Positions 1 to 13,422 of a stretch of DNA of 64,000 bases are shown in pieces. The DNA is from Octopus sinensis. Taxonomy: Eukaryota. Below the pieces are notes generated by a model that saw only the letters and a list, made by a program, of their open reading frames with translations, ran no database searches and was not told the DNA's origin. The stretch lies in assembly GCF_006345805.1 (NCBI RefSeq), contig NC_043019.1, positions 30,317,360-30,381,359 on the forward strand, written 5' to 3'. Numbering within the stretch: position 1 is the stretch's first letter; each line of letters begins with the position of its first letter. A program made the position numbers and the translations under genes.

Positions 1-40
1 TTTATTCTGCTCCAGGAGATAGATAGATAGATATCACTCC

Positions 41-82
<42 letters not shown>

Positions 83-1124
83 TTGTGCATGTTGTGTATT
101 CGAGTATGTGTGTGTGTGTGTGTATGTGGGGGTATATAATATAGAAACAACAGTTTGTATGTTTGCAAATGAGCATGTATGTTTACAAAACTACATCACA
201 CATATGCCTATACATATAGACCGGTTGAATAAACCAGTAGGTGGAATTCACAAAGATGACTCTACTGGCTCTATTCTCTCTATTGAGTCAGCCCCCTCAG
301 TAAATGATCTATTGTTAGTCTTAATCTAGCATTAGAGTAATAAACTTATTTAACACTGAAATATCATCACCATTATCATCATCAACATTCAACATCCGTT
401 TTCTATGCTGATAAATACATAAAATCTATATACATGATACCCATAATTACAGACAGATTCATAAACACAACTATACATACATGTAGATAGATAGATATAA
501 ACATATATACATATACATATTATATGTGCACACACAACCTACCCAACAGCATGCCAGCTCTTTCTCATCCCCCTGTTTACTGTGTAATCATTTCAGTTCT
601 GCTGCCCCCTCCCCGGCACCAGATATCCCCTACTCCTTTCATTCTGGGCACCCCTGCTCTATTCATTCCTACTCACCTTGTATCATGAATGTCCACTCTA
701 CCACCTCATCACCAGTTCCACACCCAACCCTCTCCTTTCAAACGTGAATAGCCATGTAGCTCCTCTTCAGCAAGAAACCTGCTTTGCTCCAGCCCATTTC
801 TTTCATACTTTACTCCTATCTACTTCTTACTCTCCCCGTGTAATGTTTCCCCCACTCCACAGGCTTACAAGTTGCATTGGTACTGGTGGCACAAAGCAAA
901 AATACGCAGTACATACTGTGAAATTATTGGCATTAGGAAGAGCATCCAGCCATAGAAACCATGCCAAACAGAAAGTGGAACATGACACAGCCCTTGGGTC
1001 CATCAGTTCCTGTCAAACCGTCCAACACATGTGCCAGCATAGTACATGGATGTCAAATGATGATGATAAACACACACAAATATATTGTAAACATTTACAT
1101 GCATATATACATACATATATATAT

Positions 1125-1368
1125 ATATCATCATCATCATCATCATTTAACGTCCGTTTTCCATGCTAGCATGGGTTGGACGGTTCGACCGGGGTCTGGT
1201 AAGCCATGGAGGCTGCACCAGGCTCCAGTCTGATTTGGCAGTGTTTCTACAGCTGGATGCCCTTCCTAACGCCAACCACTCCATGAGTGCAGTGGGTGTT
1301 TTTTACGTGCCACCGGCACAGGAGCCAGAGCAGGCTGGTGAACGGCCACGATCGGTTGGTGCTTTTAC
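1125..1368 (-). mobile_element. (ATG)n-tailed SINE/retroposon 3' portion
   Basis: (CAT)n-TTAACGTCCGTTTTCCATGCTAGCATGGG...GGATGCCCTTCCTAACGCC. Related copies at about 910-1070, 27225-27420, 30226-30360, 33512-33762, 37525-37676, 49660-50242 and 59030-59345. Confidence 0.8.
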
Positions 1369-1552
1369 GTATATATATATATATATATATTTATATACAC
1401 ATACACATATATAAACACACACACACACATATATATATATATACATACACATATATACATATATATACATACACATATACACACATACATATATATATAC
1501 ACACACATATATATACACACATACATATATATACACACATACATATATATAC

Positions 1553-1608
<56 letters not shown>
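1368..1608. repeat. Compound (TA)/(CA) microsatellite
   Basis: About 240 nt of TA/CA dinucleotide mixture. Confidence 0.95.
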
Positions 1609-1615
<7 letters not shown>

Positions 1616-4364
1616 TCAACAGATATTTACATATATTCATACACAAAACAAATCTACCATTCCATATATAGACAGATATATATATAAACAAAGCTGTAGA
1701 ACCATATTGAAACACATACAGGCATACATATCCATCATCTGCTTTAAAGTCAATATTCTAAAGCTTGGTCAGGGTTGGAACCTAGCCTACACACAGCATC
1801 ATAGGGGACAGAGAGCGAAGGTGTATGTAAATTTAGATCTGTATAAGACTTTGGAGAAAGAGATAAACATGGAACCAGTCAACAAGAGACGATATTAAAA
1901 TGGTGTTTGTAAAATAGCACTCTAAAATACAGAACATTAGTGAATATTTCACTTTGCTTTCTCAATGCACACACAGATTTTTTTCTCTTTTTGTATTCAT
2001 GCAACATATTTACTCTAGTACAATAGGATCTGAAATATGTTGCCCCCCATTCTTTTATGCCTTAACTAAAATAGTGTGTGTCTGTGTGTGTGTGTGTGTG
2101 TGTGTATCAACCAGAGATGCAGGAATGGCTGTGTGGTAAGAAGTTTGCTTCCCGACCACATGGTTCCAGGTTCAGTCCCCCCCAGTGTGACACCCTGGGT
2201 AGTGCCTTCTACTATAAGCCTAGGACTGACCAAAACCTTTATAAGTGGATTTAGTAAACAGTAACTGAAAGAAACCAGTTGTATATATGTGTGTGTGTGT
2301 GTGTACTTGATAACCAGTGTTGGTGTGTTTACGTCTCGGTAACTTAGCAGTTTGGCAAAAGTGACTGATGGAACGGTGCCCCAACATAGCTGCAGTTTAA
2401 CGACTGAAATAAGCAAACAAATAAATGAATGTATATAAGACAAACAGATAAAAGATATATGTACACACTCCTCATTTTTTAATATAATCTCTTCATAACG
2501 CTACCCTTCCCAATTTTGATCTGGATGTTTTGCATTACATTGCTACCATTATACATACAGGAAAACTGTACATAGAATATAACACAGAGTTGATCAGGTG
2601 ATAATCACCAGTGTAGATTTTATACATTAACTGACAACCACCACACACACTGTCCCCATCACCTGAACATATGAATCCCCCCATCCCCAAAACCCCACAC
2701 CTAGGTTCATTGAAATATCTGAAGTGAATACCTACATTAGAATTTTGGGGTCACTGGAAAGTATAATTTATGTTTGTAATCCAGAGGACAGTTGGTCACA
2801 CATTTGTTAATCTCAGAACAGTTAATAACAGAAAAAAATTAGGGCAGCAGGAATTATTATTACTACTAATATTAAAGTTTGAGGTCATATACACACACAC
2901 AAATGTCTAGTGGTATTTAGGTACAGCCTTTTACATTCCAAGTTTGGATTCCACCAAGATCAACTTTGCATTTATTTTTCCACTGTAAATGAATTAAAAT
3001 ACCAGGATGGTTTTTTTAAAATCAACTGTGACCACACAGAAAAATGTGTAACCTTTTATCGTTTACTCATTTTGGTCATTGGGCAGTGGCCATGCTGGAG
3101 CACTGCATTGAAAGGTTTTAGTCAAACAAATTGACCCCAGTAATTATAAATGTCTGGTACTAATTTTATGTCTATTTTGCTCAAAAGCTTAGTTATGGGG
3201 CAATAAAGAAACCAACACCAGTTGTCAAGCAGGGGGGGGGGGCGACAAGCACAAACATGGCAGGCTTCTTTCAATTTCCATCTAGCATGTCCACTCACAT
3301 AGCTTTGGTCAGCCTGGGTCTATAACAGAAGATGCCAAGACAGGACCAAGATAGGTTCAATCTGACTACCAAGACACCACCAAGTAACTTGGTAGTAGGA
3401 CTGAACCCAAGACCACATGGTAGAGAAGTAAGCTTTTTAACCACATACATAAGCCAACACATACATTACACACAATATACGTGTGTGTGTGTGTGTGTGT
3501 GTGTGTGACAGGGTTCCACACAGTATCATGGTCATTGTCTACTGTCCATTTTCCATGCTGGCATGAGTTGGACAGTTTGACAGATGCTGGCTAGCTGGAG
3601 AGTTGTCCTGACTCCAAATTGCCTGTTTTGGCATAGTTTCTACGGCTGGATGCCCTTCCTAATGCCAACCACTTCGCAGAGTGTGTTGGGTCCTTTTTAC
3701 GTGCTACCGGCAGACAAGCCTGTATGTATGGATGACAGTGATTTTACTTGGCTTGATGTGTCTTCTCAAGTACAGTTTCACTCACAAGGCATTGGGCTGA
3801 GTTGGATTTGTAGTAGAAGACTCATTCCCAAGATATTACCATGCAGTGGTACTGAAGCTGAAACCAAGAGATTGTAAAACAAATTTCTTAACCACACAGC
3901 TATGCCTGAACTTTCTGCTTATGTTAAAAACGATTTCAGTGTAAATCTCAGCTCTCTTTTTGAAATCTGTCTCTGTAACAAGTCCCTCATTCATGGTCTT
4001 TGCAGCAATGATAAAGAATTATCATCATCATGATTTGTCAGAATCATCAAAACAGTTAAGGACTAACTGTGGCTCATGGGCCTTTCTAATGAAAAATTAC
4101 CTTGCAGTTTTTTAGTAGCACCAGATGATGAGTCATGTCTCATGCAGTCCTCTTCTTGAAAAAGTTGCCCATGCTTGCATTAGAGCAGTATTTCTCAACC
4201 ATTTTTTACCTATGGGTCCCTTTGATTCTTATATTATTCAAATGGACCCTTCCTAGCCAATGTTAAAAAGTGATCCTATTGTAGTTTTATAATTAGATAT
4301 TATCAGTAATTGTCTAAAAACAATTATTAAAATATTTTGTGTATGGTAGAAGTATAACCAATTT

Positions 4365-4660
4365 ATTACCTCAGCTTTTGCTAAGGTAGAAGTATTGTTT
4401 TTAGTCATGTTAGTTTGTTTGTTTGTCCATGGACAAAATATCTCAAGAACCATTGGATGGATTCGGATGAAACTTCCAGAGATGTTTGGCCTTGTGACTG
4501 GCACAAACTGATTAGATTTTGGGATCGATTGGGTTGACTTTTAGTATTCTTGTTTGTGAGAGCAGTTGAGTTTATTTCAGATATTTTCATTTTAAAAATC
4601 ATCTCTGGCTAATTGTTGAGAGGACGTTGGTGTCGCACAAGGAATGTATTAGCTTGATGC
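4365..4660 (+). mobile_element. DINE-1/HINE-like (Helentron-associated) element
   Basis: TTATTACCTCAGC..GCTAAGGT hairpin, then (GTTT)n, then CAAAATATCTCAAGAACC..GGATGGATT..GAAACTT. Confidence 0.4.
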
Positions 4661-5565
4661 ATGGTGAAAAGTGTGTTTGATGTTCCAAGCATAACTCTTC
4701 ATTGGAAAGGAGAAAGGGAAAAGTTTCTCTTTTCACCAAGCATCAACCTAATACACTCCTTGTGCACATCCTCATGTTGTCAATTCAATTTGTTTGTTTA
4801 TTTGAATTGACTATATACATATATATATGCAGCACAAAGTTTTGTCAGTGAACAGGTCGCGGTCTCAAAGCAACGAAAATATTTTGACAAATTAAATTTA
4901 AACGTTGAAGTGAATCTAACGGTTTTTGTGTGTTTCCTAAATGGCTACAAACACCTTCCATGCTGCAATTGTTTTCGTTCCAGCATACGATCTCAGATCA
5001 AGTCACTCACTATGCAAGTACATCTCCGTAATATATATATATATGCACACACACACTAACACACATGCACAAGATGGGCTCTTTTCAACTTCTGTCAACC
5101 AAATCCACTCACAAGGCTCATAAAATTACAAGATACACCAATGAAAAATGGAAGAAAAAAAATCTATTAAAAAATCTTAATTTTACTGATGCCACACTGC
5201 ATTTACCACAAGCAGGAACTTATACTAAAAGTTTGTAGCTGAAAAAAAAGAAATTTAACTAAATAGTAAATAAGTTTGAAGATGAAATGAGGGGCATTTG
5301 CAAAATAGCAAAAACTGAAGAATGTAGAAGTAACCTTTTTTTTTTTTTCTAAACTGGTCAAACTTGTTTAGAATAAACTTCCAGATGGTAGTGCTCTGAT
5401 TTAAGAAGAAAATCTGCAAAAATTTGATGTCGGTGCCGAGGTTTACATTTCTATTTATATTCAGGTTCACAGAAAATATCTTAAACAAAATACACAGATA
5501 AATTGTAGAGAAAAGATAAAAGAATCAGTAATGGTTGCTTGTCACGACTATCACCTCTCACTTGT

Positions 5566-5612
<47 letters not shown>

Positions 5613-6489
5613 TATTCTGGCATTAAAAGTACAAACAAGCCAGCCAGAGTGTCTCTCTTTGGTCCACGATATTAGCAGCTAAATCTTCCTCAAATCATAC
5701 AATGCCATCCTTAACCCTATTGCATTTAAACTGACCATATCCAGCCCAAATATTCTACTTGTTTTATGTTCAAACCGATCAGATTTGGCCTATCACACCT
5801 ATCCTACAATGCCATTCTAAAAATAAGCAATGACATCATTGAAATCCTGGAGCCATGAGATAATGCTTGATTAATTCAAAACAATGGGAATAAATAAGGA
5901 TTACATTTGACAGGGTGATCTGGATGCTGAAGGAAATGTTGGATGAAATGATGTAGTCACTGATATTCTTTTTTTCAGTCATTTGACTGTGGCCATGCTG
6001 GAGCACGGCCTTTTTCTTTTCTTTTCAAGCGGATAGCCGCGCTCTTCATCGACGGACAAGCCGAATGATCCCCATCCAGGATATAGGCATAAAGTGACAG
6101 GATGGTCACAATTGGAGGTCCTCTGATATTATGCTTGCTCAATTAGGGCTAACTTACAGCTAAATAATACCAACAAAGGACAGAGAGCCTATATGGCAGT
6201 TAAACATGGAAGAAAAGCAACAAAAACTTTCTCAAATCACACACTACCATTTCAAATGGTTTCAAATTTTAGCAATTTTAAGGAAGCAATTAGCTGATTG
6301 ATAACATCAATCCTGATGTTCAGCTGGTAAATATTTTATCAACTTCTGAAAGTCAACTGTGGTGGAATCTGAACTCAGAATGTGAAGACAACAACGCAAA
6401 GCGACAGAAAAAAAAAAAAAAAATTGCCACTAAGCATTTTGCCCAACATACTAACAGTACTACTAGCTTGCCACCTTGCTACTATTTAA

Positions 6490-6710
6490 CCCTTTAGTGT
6501 TTGCATTATTCTGCCAAAATTAATCCTTTTTTATCCAAATTGTTTTGAACTAATCATGCATTATCTTGTAGCTATGAGATTTTAATGAGGTAGCTGTTAA
6601 TTTTTAAAACGATATTGTAGAGTTGGTGTGAGAGGCCAGATCTGGCCAGTTTGACCATAGAACAGGCAGAATACTTTTGAACGGATATGGCCAGTTTAAA
6701 TGCTAAAGGG
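6490..6710. mobile_element. piggyBac-type MITE family A (CCCTTTAG...CTAAAGGG, TTAA targets)
   Basis: TTAA at 6486-6489 and 6711-6714 flank inverted CCCTTTAG termini. Confidence 0.85.
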
Positions 6711-7452
6711 TTAAATAAACGGAAGGACACATAAGCAATGCATTGTGGGCATATCACACTGGTTGGGAAAATAAAATGAAATGGTTACAGCTGGAATTGC
6801 CTTTGATCATGACATTGCTTGATCAGGGCTAACTTGGGGGACCAAAAAGAAAATATAGCAACAAAGTGAAGAACACATCTGACAACAGTTTTCAAAAAAC
6901 AAAACTACAGGGTGGCTCCTGCTGGGCCACCTTTGATGTGAGGTCTGCCTGTTAGATCAGAACTCAACTCAGATCAAAACAGTAGCATGAGAAAACCAAT
7001 AAGGAAATATGTGGATGAAAACCTCTCTGGGGATATATATATACATATACAGGGTGGCCCAAAAATCATAGAGGGGTCTAAAAGTTTAATAAATTTGTTT
7101 TAATTACACTTTTTGTATTTGTAATTCACAAAACATGACTCTTCCCTACTAATGTATGTATGTACATACATATATAAATTTTAAAAATATATAATTAAGA
7201 TTCAGTTGAAGTAAGTACTTAAATCGAGGCACTTTGCTAGTTCGGTATAATCTGCACACCCTAACAATATTATTTGAATATTGAATATCAAGACTGAGTG
7301 TAGGGGTATTTGTACCCAATATTCCTGTCGTGTGTGTAGACAACGCAACCCAGCTAAGTGAAGATATCCGCTCTTGGTAATTCAGACGCACTTTTTATAA
7401 AGGTACTTTCTATAGTATTTCCGAAGTGCAGATTCCAAGTTAGGTGAACTAA

Positions 7453-7540
7453 ATATAAATAAGTAACATAGATGTACAGTTGTCAATTCATTACAGCCGT
7501 AATGAACTGACATCTGTACATCTATGTTACTTATTTATAT
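7453..7540. repeat. 88-bp near-perfect palindrome
   Basis: 42-bp arms (outer 27 bp perfect, 2 mismatches inside) with a 4-nt loop AGCC. Confidence 0.9.
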
Positions 7541-7705
7541 TCTATATGTATGTATATATATATATATATATATATAACGGGAAGCTTTATGAAAATAGAC
7601 AAAAGACGAAGGCAGGTTTACGGAAATAAACAAAAGACGAAGGCAGGTGGAATACAAACAAACAATTGTATTAGTATGGCGCTCAGGAAATATAAATAAA
7701 ACAAG

Positions 7706-7743
7706 TCTTTAACGTTTCGAGCCTACGCTCTTCAACAGAAAGA
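7706..7743 (-). ncRNA. Minimal hammerhead-like motif (A6>U) within Penelope-like fragment at about 7577-7870
   Basis: TCTTT CTGTTGA A GAGC GTAG GCTC GAAA CG T T AAAGA. Confidence 0.5.
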
Positions 7744-8699
7744 TACACAGAGAAGAAACACAGAAAGAAGGAGAGAAAAAAAATGCGTGCAGAGGCTAGC
7801 GAATCAACATGGCGATCTGATTTCGGCCAGAAGTCAAAGATCAAACGTGAGACGCTAGAGCGAAATTAGGGATACATATATATACTATATGTGGTGCTAA
7901 GTTATCAGAAACAGCATAAATGAATTATTAACACTTTTGTGACTTTTGGGCCGCCCTGTACAATCAAACACACATATCATTTGTTATCATCATTTAATGT
8001 CTGTTTTCCATACTGGCATGGGCTGGACGGTTTGACGGGACTGGACCAGGCTCTGTTGTCCGTCTTGGCATGGTTTCTATGGCTGGATACCCTTCCTAAT
8101 GCTCTCTCTCTCTCTACCTCTCTATATCTATATATATATAAATAATACATGTGTGCACACACAAAATAAATACAAAACACAGGCACACACATACACAGAG
8201 TTTTGACAATGGTAATCAACTGTTATTACCTGACCGACATCTAGCATTATAAAATTTGAGCATCCATGCAAGCTAGAACACTCTTTAATTAACACTAAAC
8301 AACCAGTGTCGCAACAAAGCTTGGAATTTTTGTTTAGATTGCTAGGAAGGCCATCAAAATAGTGGGGTACTAAAAACAAGGAATAGAGGGTAGGGGAAGG
8401 GCAAGGCAGAGATGATGGGGCATGTTACTAGTTGGCTCTATCAGTTTAAATATATAAATGAACCAAAATCAGGGCGAACTATTGATTTTTTTTCTTTTCT
8501 ATTTTGCCTTTTGTTGTTGTTGGTCATGGTGGTGGTAGTGGTGTTGTTGATGGTCTATGAAACGAAAATAATTGTTGTGTAGTGTAAGTTTACACGAAGA
8601 TTGTTTAAATTAGCTATGTAGTTTACTAACTGAGCAAACACCATGTCAATACATATTGAGTTGTTTATCTGTCCATCAATCAGTCTGTGTAGCCATGTA

Positions 8700-8985
8700 A
8701 CTATCAATCCATTTGTCTATCAATTGACCTGTGTATCAATCAATCTACTGGTATATCAATCAATCTATCTCTCTATCAATTGATGTACCTACCTATCTGC
8801 CTCTCAATCAGTCAAGCTATCAATCAACTAACCCCTCTGTCTATCAATCAATCAATCTGTCTGCCTATCAATCAATCAATCTGCCTATCAACCAGTCTGC
8901 CTATCAATCAATCAATCTGCCTATCAATCAACCAGTCTGCCTATCAATCAACCAATCTGTCTATCAATCAGCCAGTCTGCCTATA
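8700..8985. repeat. Higher-order (TCAA/CTGC/CTAT) tetranucleotide satellite
   Basis: Repeating CTGCCTATCAATCAA(T/C)CA(A/G)T units. Confidence 0.9.
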
Positions 8986-11049
8986 GTAAGAACCCAGTGT
9001 CAACTTTCAGAGACCTTCCATGTGTATAATCATCACATTATATAAACAAGGATATCAACTCAAAGAATAATATCTGTACAGAAGCCTCCTCCTCCAGTTC
9101 TTTGCATTTTTCTCTTTGGCAGTTCTTTGTTTACTTGGTTGGGTTGGTTTGGACAGTTGACATCACCCATAAAATACGACGACCATTAAAAGCATCAAAA
9201 GGTGAAACCTGAGGTCCGAGTTAATCAATATTACCAATGATTTTAAGGCAGCAAGTTGGCAGAATCGACTAATCCTCTCCCACCAATAATCCTTGTGCCT
9301 AAAGCAGAAAGGATTATCAGAACCATTAAGCATACTGGACAGGATGCTCGCCAGCATTTTGTTCATCTTTACACTGTAAGTTCAAATTCCACCAAGGTTG
9401 ACTTCGCTTTTCATCCTTTCAGGGGTCAAGGAAATAAGTACCAGTTGCACACTGGGCTGATGTAACTGACTAGCCCTGCCTCTCCTAAAAAAATCCCAGG
9501 TATTTTGCTTATAACAGAAAGGGTTATTATAATTACTGATGACAGTAAGTTCTAGAATAGTACAGCACCAGGAATAAAGAACAAACTTCATTGAAGTATT
9601 TAATTATAGCACTTTATGTATTGTTTATTGTTTTGTCCATTGGAGATTGAGGTCTTCAGATCTGCTTAGTGCTACATTCCTGCTACTAACATCTGTTATC
9701 CATCCTACCCCCACTGTCTCCCTGCTTGCAACTCAAGGCCCTCCTTAAACTAGTTATTTGCTCAGGCCTCTTTCATATGAAAGGGGTAAGAGTTGTCAGA
9801 TTTTATGAGAAGTGTCAACTGTGCCAACCAACCCAAATAAATAATGGGCTATCAGGGGGGAAAAGAAAAAAAAAAGAAGAGAAAAAATGAGAAAGGGAAG
9901 AGGTTTCTGTAGAAATATTATTCTTTCAGTTGATACCCTTGTTTAATGGACTAATTAAAGCAGAATGAACTGATTGTCAGATGTTGAAATAGGAAAGAGA
10001 ATTTAATGTGAGTGACCCTTCACTTCCTTCTGACTGAAGAAATATGGAGTAAGGAGTGGCAGTAGCATGCAGAGAGTGGGAAATGGGAATATTTTGGAGA
10101 TATTCATCAATGAATTTTGGGCAAAATAATTTTGCTATGGCAACTAAATTAACAACAGAGTATGGAATAAGGTAAAGAAGACTTATTTACATTAATATAG
10201 TAAATATAGAAGACAGTGTAGCTGAATTACACACACATACTACTAGTAAATAGAACTTCTTTGGTTTTGACAATTAATATTCCAACTGTTTGATCAAATG
10301 ATCTATTCCAGACACAGGCAACCTTTGGTAAGAAGCAGGCCACATGAGACATGGTTCATCAACAGGCGGGTCGCACCACTAAAAAAATTCAAGGCAACTT
10401 TTCATTGGTGCGTCTTTCAAAAAGTCCCATGGGGCAGTTTGACAATTACTGGTCTACTCTCTAACATGTAGTGTAAATAAGCTGAGTATTCCAATAATAT
10501 GCAGATCCTCAATAACAACTGGTGGATCTTGTTAAATTTCTTCCAACCACTGAAAATCACACAACTTTAAAGTTCTTGAAACCTCTCTAACTGCATTAAA
10601 AACTTTTTAAAATAATAATCTGAGAAAATTTGAAAACTTCAAATGGTTGGAAGAAATTTAACAAGGTCCCAGCTGGCAGACTGTTATTAAGGATGCAGAA
10701 CTTACTGTCTACCCAATATCACTTACACAGCTTGGAGTAACATGAGGCTACATGGTAAAAAAAAAGACTTGTCCAAGATGCTATGTGGTGGGATCAAAAC
10801 TCAGGATTTTGTGACTGCCAAGAGAAATTCTAAACCAAGTTGGTAGAATATCAGTTTATTACAGGAATCTTGATCTTATATGACTTGAGGGTCCAGGAGT
10901 TAGAGATTCTCTGCAAGTGTACTTCAATTTGATGGTGCTGTCCCAATCCACAGCCTTGAACTAGCAAAATGTTAAGAGTAATGATTCCATGTCTGTATAT
11001 ATATGCCTGCGTTTACTCATAATTGCACATGTTTATACATGCATATCAT

Positions 11050-11086
<37 letters not shown>

Positions 11087-11264
11087 CACATACATGAGAT
11101 CATCATCATCAGTTAATGTCCGTTGTCCATGGGTTGGATGGTTTGACTATGCTGGTAAGTTGGAAGGCTATATATATAAATATATATATATATACACACA
11201 CACGATGATATATAGTTTACACATAAACACATACATATTTATATATGCATGTGCTTATGTATAA

Positions 11265-11295
<31 letters not shown>

Positions 11296-11649
11296 GTAAA
11301 TAAATAATACTCAACATGTAGAGAACTGTGTATAGATATGCATGTTCTTTCATGGGTTAGCGTGTGTGTGTTCTATACTAATACAGTCAAGTTCCTTTTC
11401 ACCAGGCTGAGAGAGCCCCTATATGGTCGCTCAAACTGCTAGAAACAGCAGTCAAACATCCCTAAACTTACGACAGGACATTAATGTAATTAGTTGTACA
11501 GGCCTGCGAAAAGGAAGACCAGCAATGCGTCCAAATCATAGATTTACTTGATCATGGTTAACAAAGGGGGTAAATAATAACAATTCCCTTTTAGAAAGGA
11601 AAAAATAAAAACAACAACAAACAAGCAAATAGAAGACAAAAATGGTCAC

Positions 11650-11717
11650 CTTTTGTTGTCAACATTGTCCAAATGGTCAGAGTTGGTATGCATACCATGT
11701 TTACATGACATATCCAT
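11650..11717 (-). CDS. Alternative candidate phase-2 first coding exon MDMSCKHGMHTNSDHLDNVDNK + 2 nt
   Basis: 68-nt open frame from ATG 11717 to donor AAG|GTGACC. Phase is compatible with the missing exon 4. Weak donor. Confidence 0.25.
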
Positions 11718-11907
11718 CACTGCGTGCAGAAGTTTTATACACATAACACAATGTTGTGTGTGTGTGTGTGTATGTGTGTTAGTGTACAAATATATAAATA
11801 TATATATGGAACTGTTGTGAGGTGTGTGGGCCTATAGGGGGACAAGAGATGCTTCCTTGGGGTGGGGTGGGTGAAATAGTGGCAAATATCAGGGAGTCAT
11901 GTTTCAC

Positions 11908-12107
11908 CTCCAATAGATGTGGTCCCACCGCATTTTTAAGATCCTGGTTAAAATATCTCCAGCCTCAAAACAGAAGCAATTGGTGTGTTTGCCTTGATTT
12001 TTTCTTCTTTTTTTTTTTTTGTCTTTTAATATAAGGAGGAGGTGGGATATCCAGAGAGCTAAACTCCTGGCTGCTAGCTAGCTAGCCTGCTGTTGTACTG
12101 ACACTGA
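11908..12107 (-). other. Candidate alternative first exon, MRWDHIYW + 2 nt (phase 2)
   Basis: Two TCAGT initiator-like motifs (12107-12097). First downstream ATG is AAAAATG at 11933-11931. Donor GAG|GTGAAA lacks +5G. Confidence 0.35.
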
Positions 12108-12500
12108 TGTGAGTGTGAGCGCGGCGCGAGAGTGTACTCTCTCTCTCTCTCTGTCTCTCTCGTTCACACACACATACACACGCTTGAGTGTATGCATGTG
12201 TGTGCACAGGCACGCGTGTAAATTCACACACACAGACCCAGCTAACCTGCTGTTGTACAGACTGTATATATACTTACACATACACACATGAGCTACCTCC
12301 TTTTTCCTCCTCTAGCGCGCACACAGATCCTGACACACAACTGGCTCCTCTCCCCACTCTCGCTCTCCCTCTCTTTCTCACACACACACATCAATCTTCC
12401 CCCACTCTCTCAGCTCTCTCTACCCCTCTCACAAAGCAAACTCCTCCCTCTCTTTCACATATAGTAATCCCCCCCACCTCTCTCTCTCTCTCTGAAACAC
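12095..12500 (-). promoter_or_regulatory. Putative internal promoter (GA-rich, CpG-containing, initiator-like motifs)
   Basis: Long non-TE GA/CT-rich tract, local CpG cluster (GCGCGGCGCGAG about 12118-12130) in a CpG-poor window, tandem TCAGT, and GTACAACAGCAGG duplicated. Confidence 0.4.
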
Positions 12501-13045
12501 ACACCAATAACCACCAACCAAGCCTATATCATTATTAGAAAACTTCTATAGTAATTAAAAGAAACAACACAAACTCCACACCAGTCACATTAGTATGTGT
12601 TGTATTTACAATAAAATTTTCAACATTTCCCACTAATTGGCACGTGGCTCATTAGCTAACTGTGCTGAGTTCAATACAACCCATGGAAAGGAATTCGAGA
12701 AAGTAACTATGACAAGGACCGTAAAATGCTATTCAGGAGAATAAATCTCGTTCGGCTGCCACAGAAAAAAAAAAAAAAATCAAATACAGATTCTGAGACA
12801 TTTTTTTGTTTTTAAAATTCACTTCAGTCATTTGACTGTGGCCATGCTGGGGCACTGCCTTGAAAGATTTTAGTCAAGCAAATTGACCCCAGGATGGTTT
12901 TTGTTCATTTTTTTTAAAGCCTGGTACTCATTCTATCAGTCTCCTTTTGCCAAACTGCTAGGCTATGGTGATATAAACACACCAACACTGGTTGTCAAGT
13001 GGTGAAAGTGGAAAAAACACAGACATAAAGACACAAATGCATTTT

Positions 13046-13422
13046 GTGGCTGTGTGGTAAGTAGCTTGCTAACCAACCACATGGTTCCGGGTTCAGTCTC
13101 ACTGCGTGGCATCTTGGGCAAGTGTCTTCTGCTATAGCCCCGGGCCGACCAATGCCTTGTGAGTGGATTTGGTAGACGGAAACTGAAAGAAGCCTGTCGT
13201 ATATATGTATATATATATGTGTGTCAGTGTTTGTCCCCCTAGCATTGCTTGACAACCTATGCTGGTGTGTTTACGTCCCCGTCACTTAGCGGCTCGGCAA
13301 AAGAGACCGATAGAATAAGTACTGGGCTTACTACAAAGAATAAGTCCCGGGATTGAGTTACTCGATTAAAGGCGGTGCTCCAGCATGGCCGCAGTCAAAT
13401 GACTGAAACAAGTAAAAGAGTA
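13046..13422 (+). mobile_element. Near full-length SINE of the most abundant family (GGCTGTGTGGTAAG head; AAAAGAGT tail)
   Basis: tRNA-like head with GGTTCAGTC box, central (TA/TG)n and terminal GACTGAAACAAGTAAAAGAG. Many related copies in the window. Confidence 0.85.

Larger units (their letters stand above)
7050..7958. mobile_element. Tc1/mariner-type non-autonomous shell with nested insertions
   Basis: TA-CAGGGTGGCCCAAAA ... TTTTGGGCCGCCCTG-TA: 15-bp TIR with 1 mismatch and TA targets. Confidence 0.6.

Noticed and set aside
1287-1715. IYIY/YTHT-rich ORFs (also at about 27360-27820 and 39402-39830)
   Set aside because: Stop-free dinucleotide repeats.
8700-8985. CRISPR-like array
   Set aside because: Degenerate tetranucleotide satellite without unique spacers, in a eukaryotic context.
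9256-9465. 69-aa plus ORF with protein-like look
   Set aside because: Overlaps a SINE copy of the 40392-40625 family.
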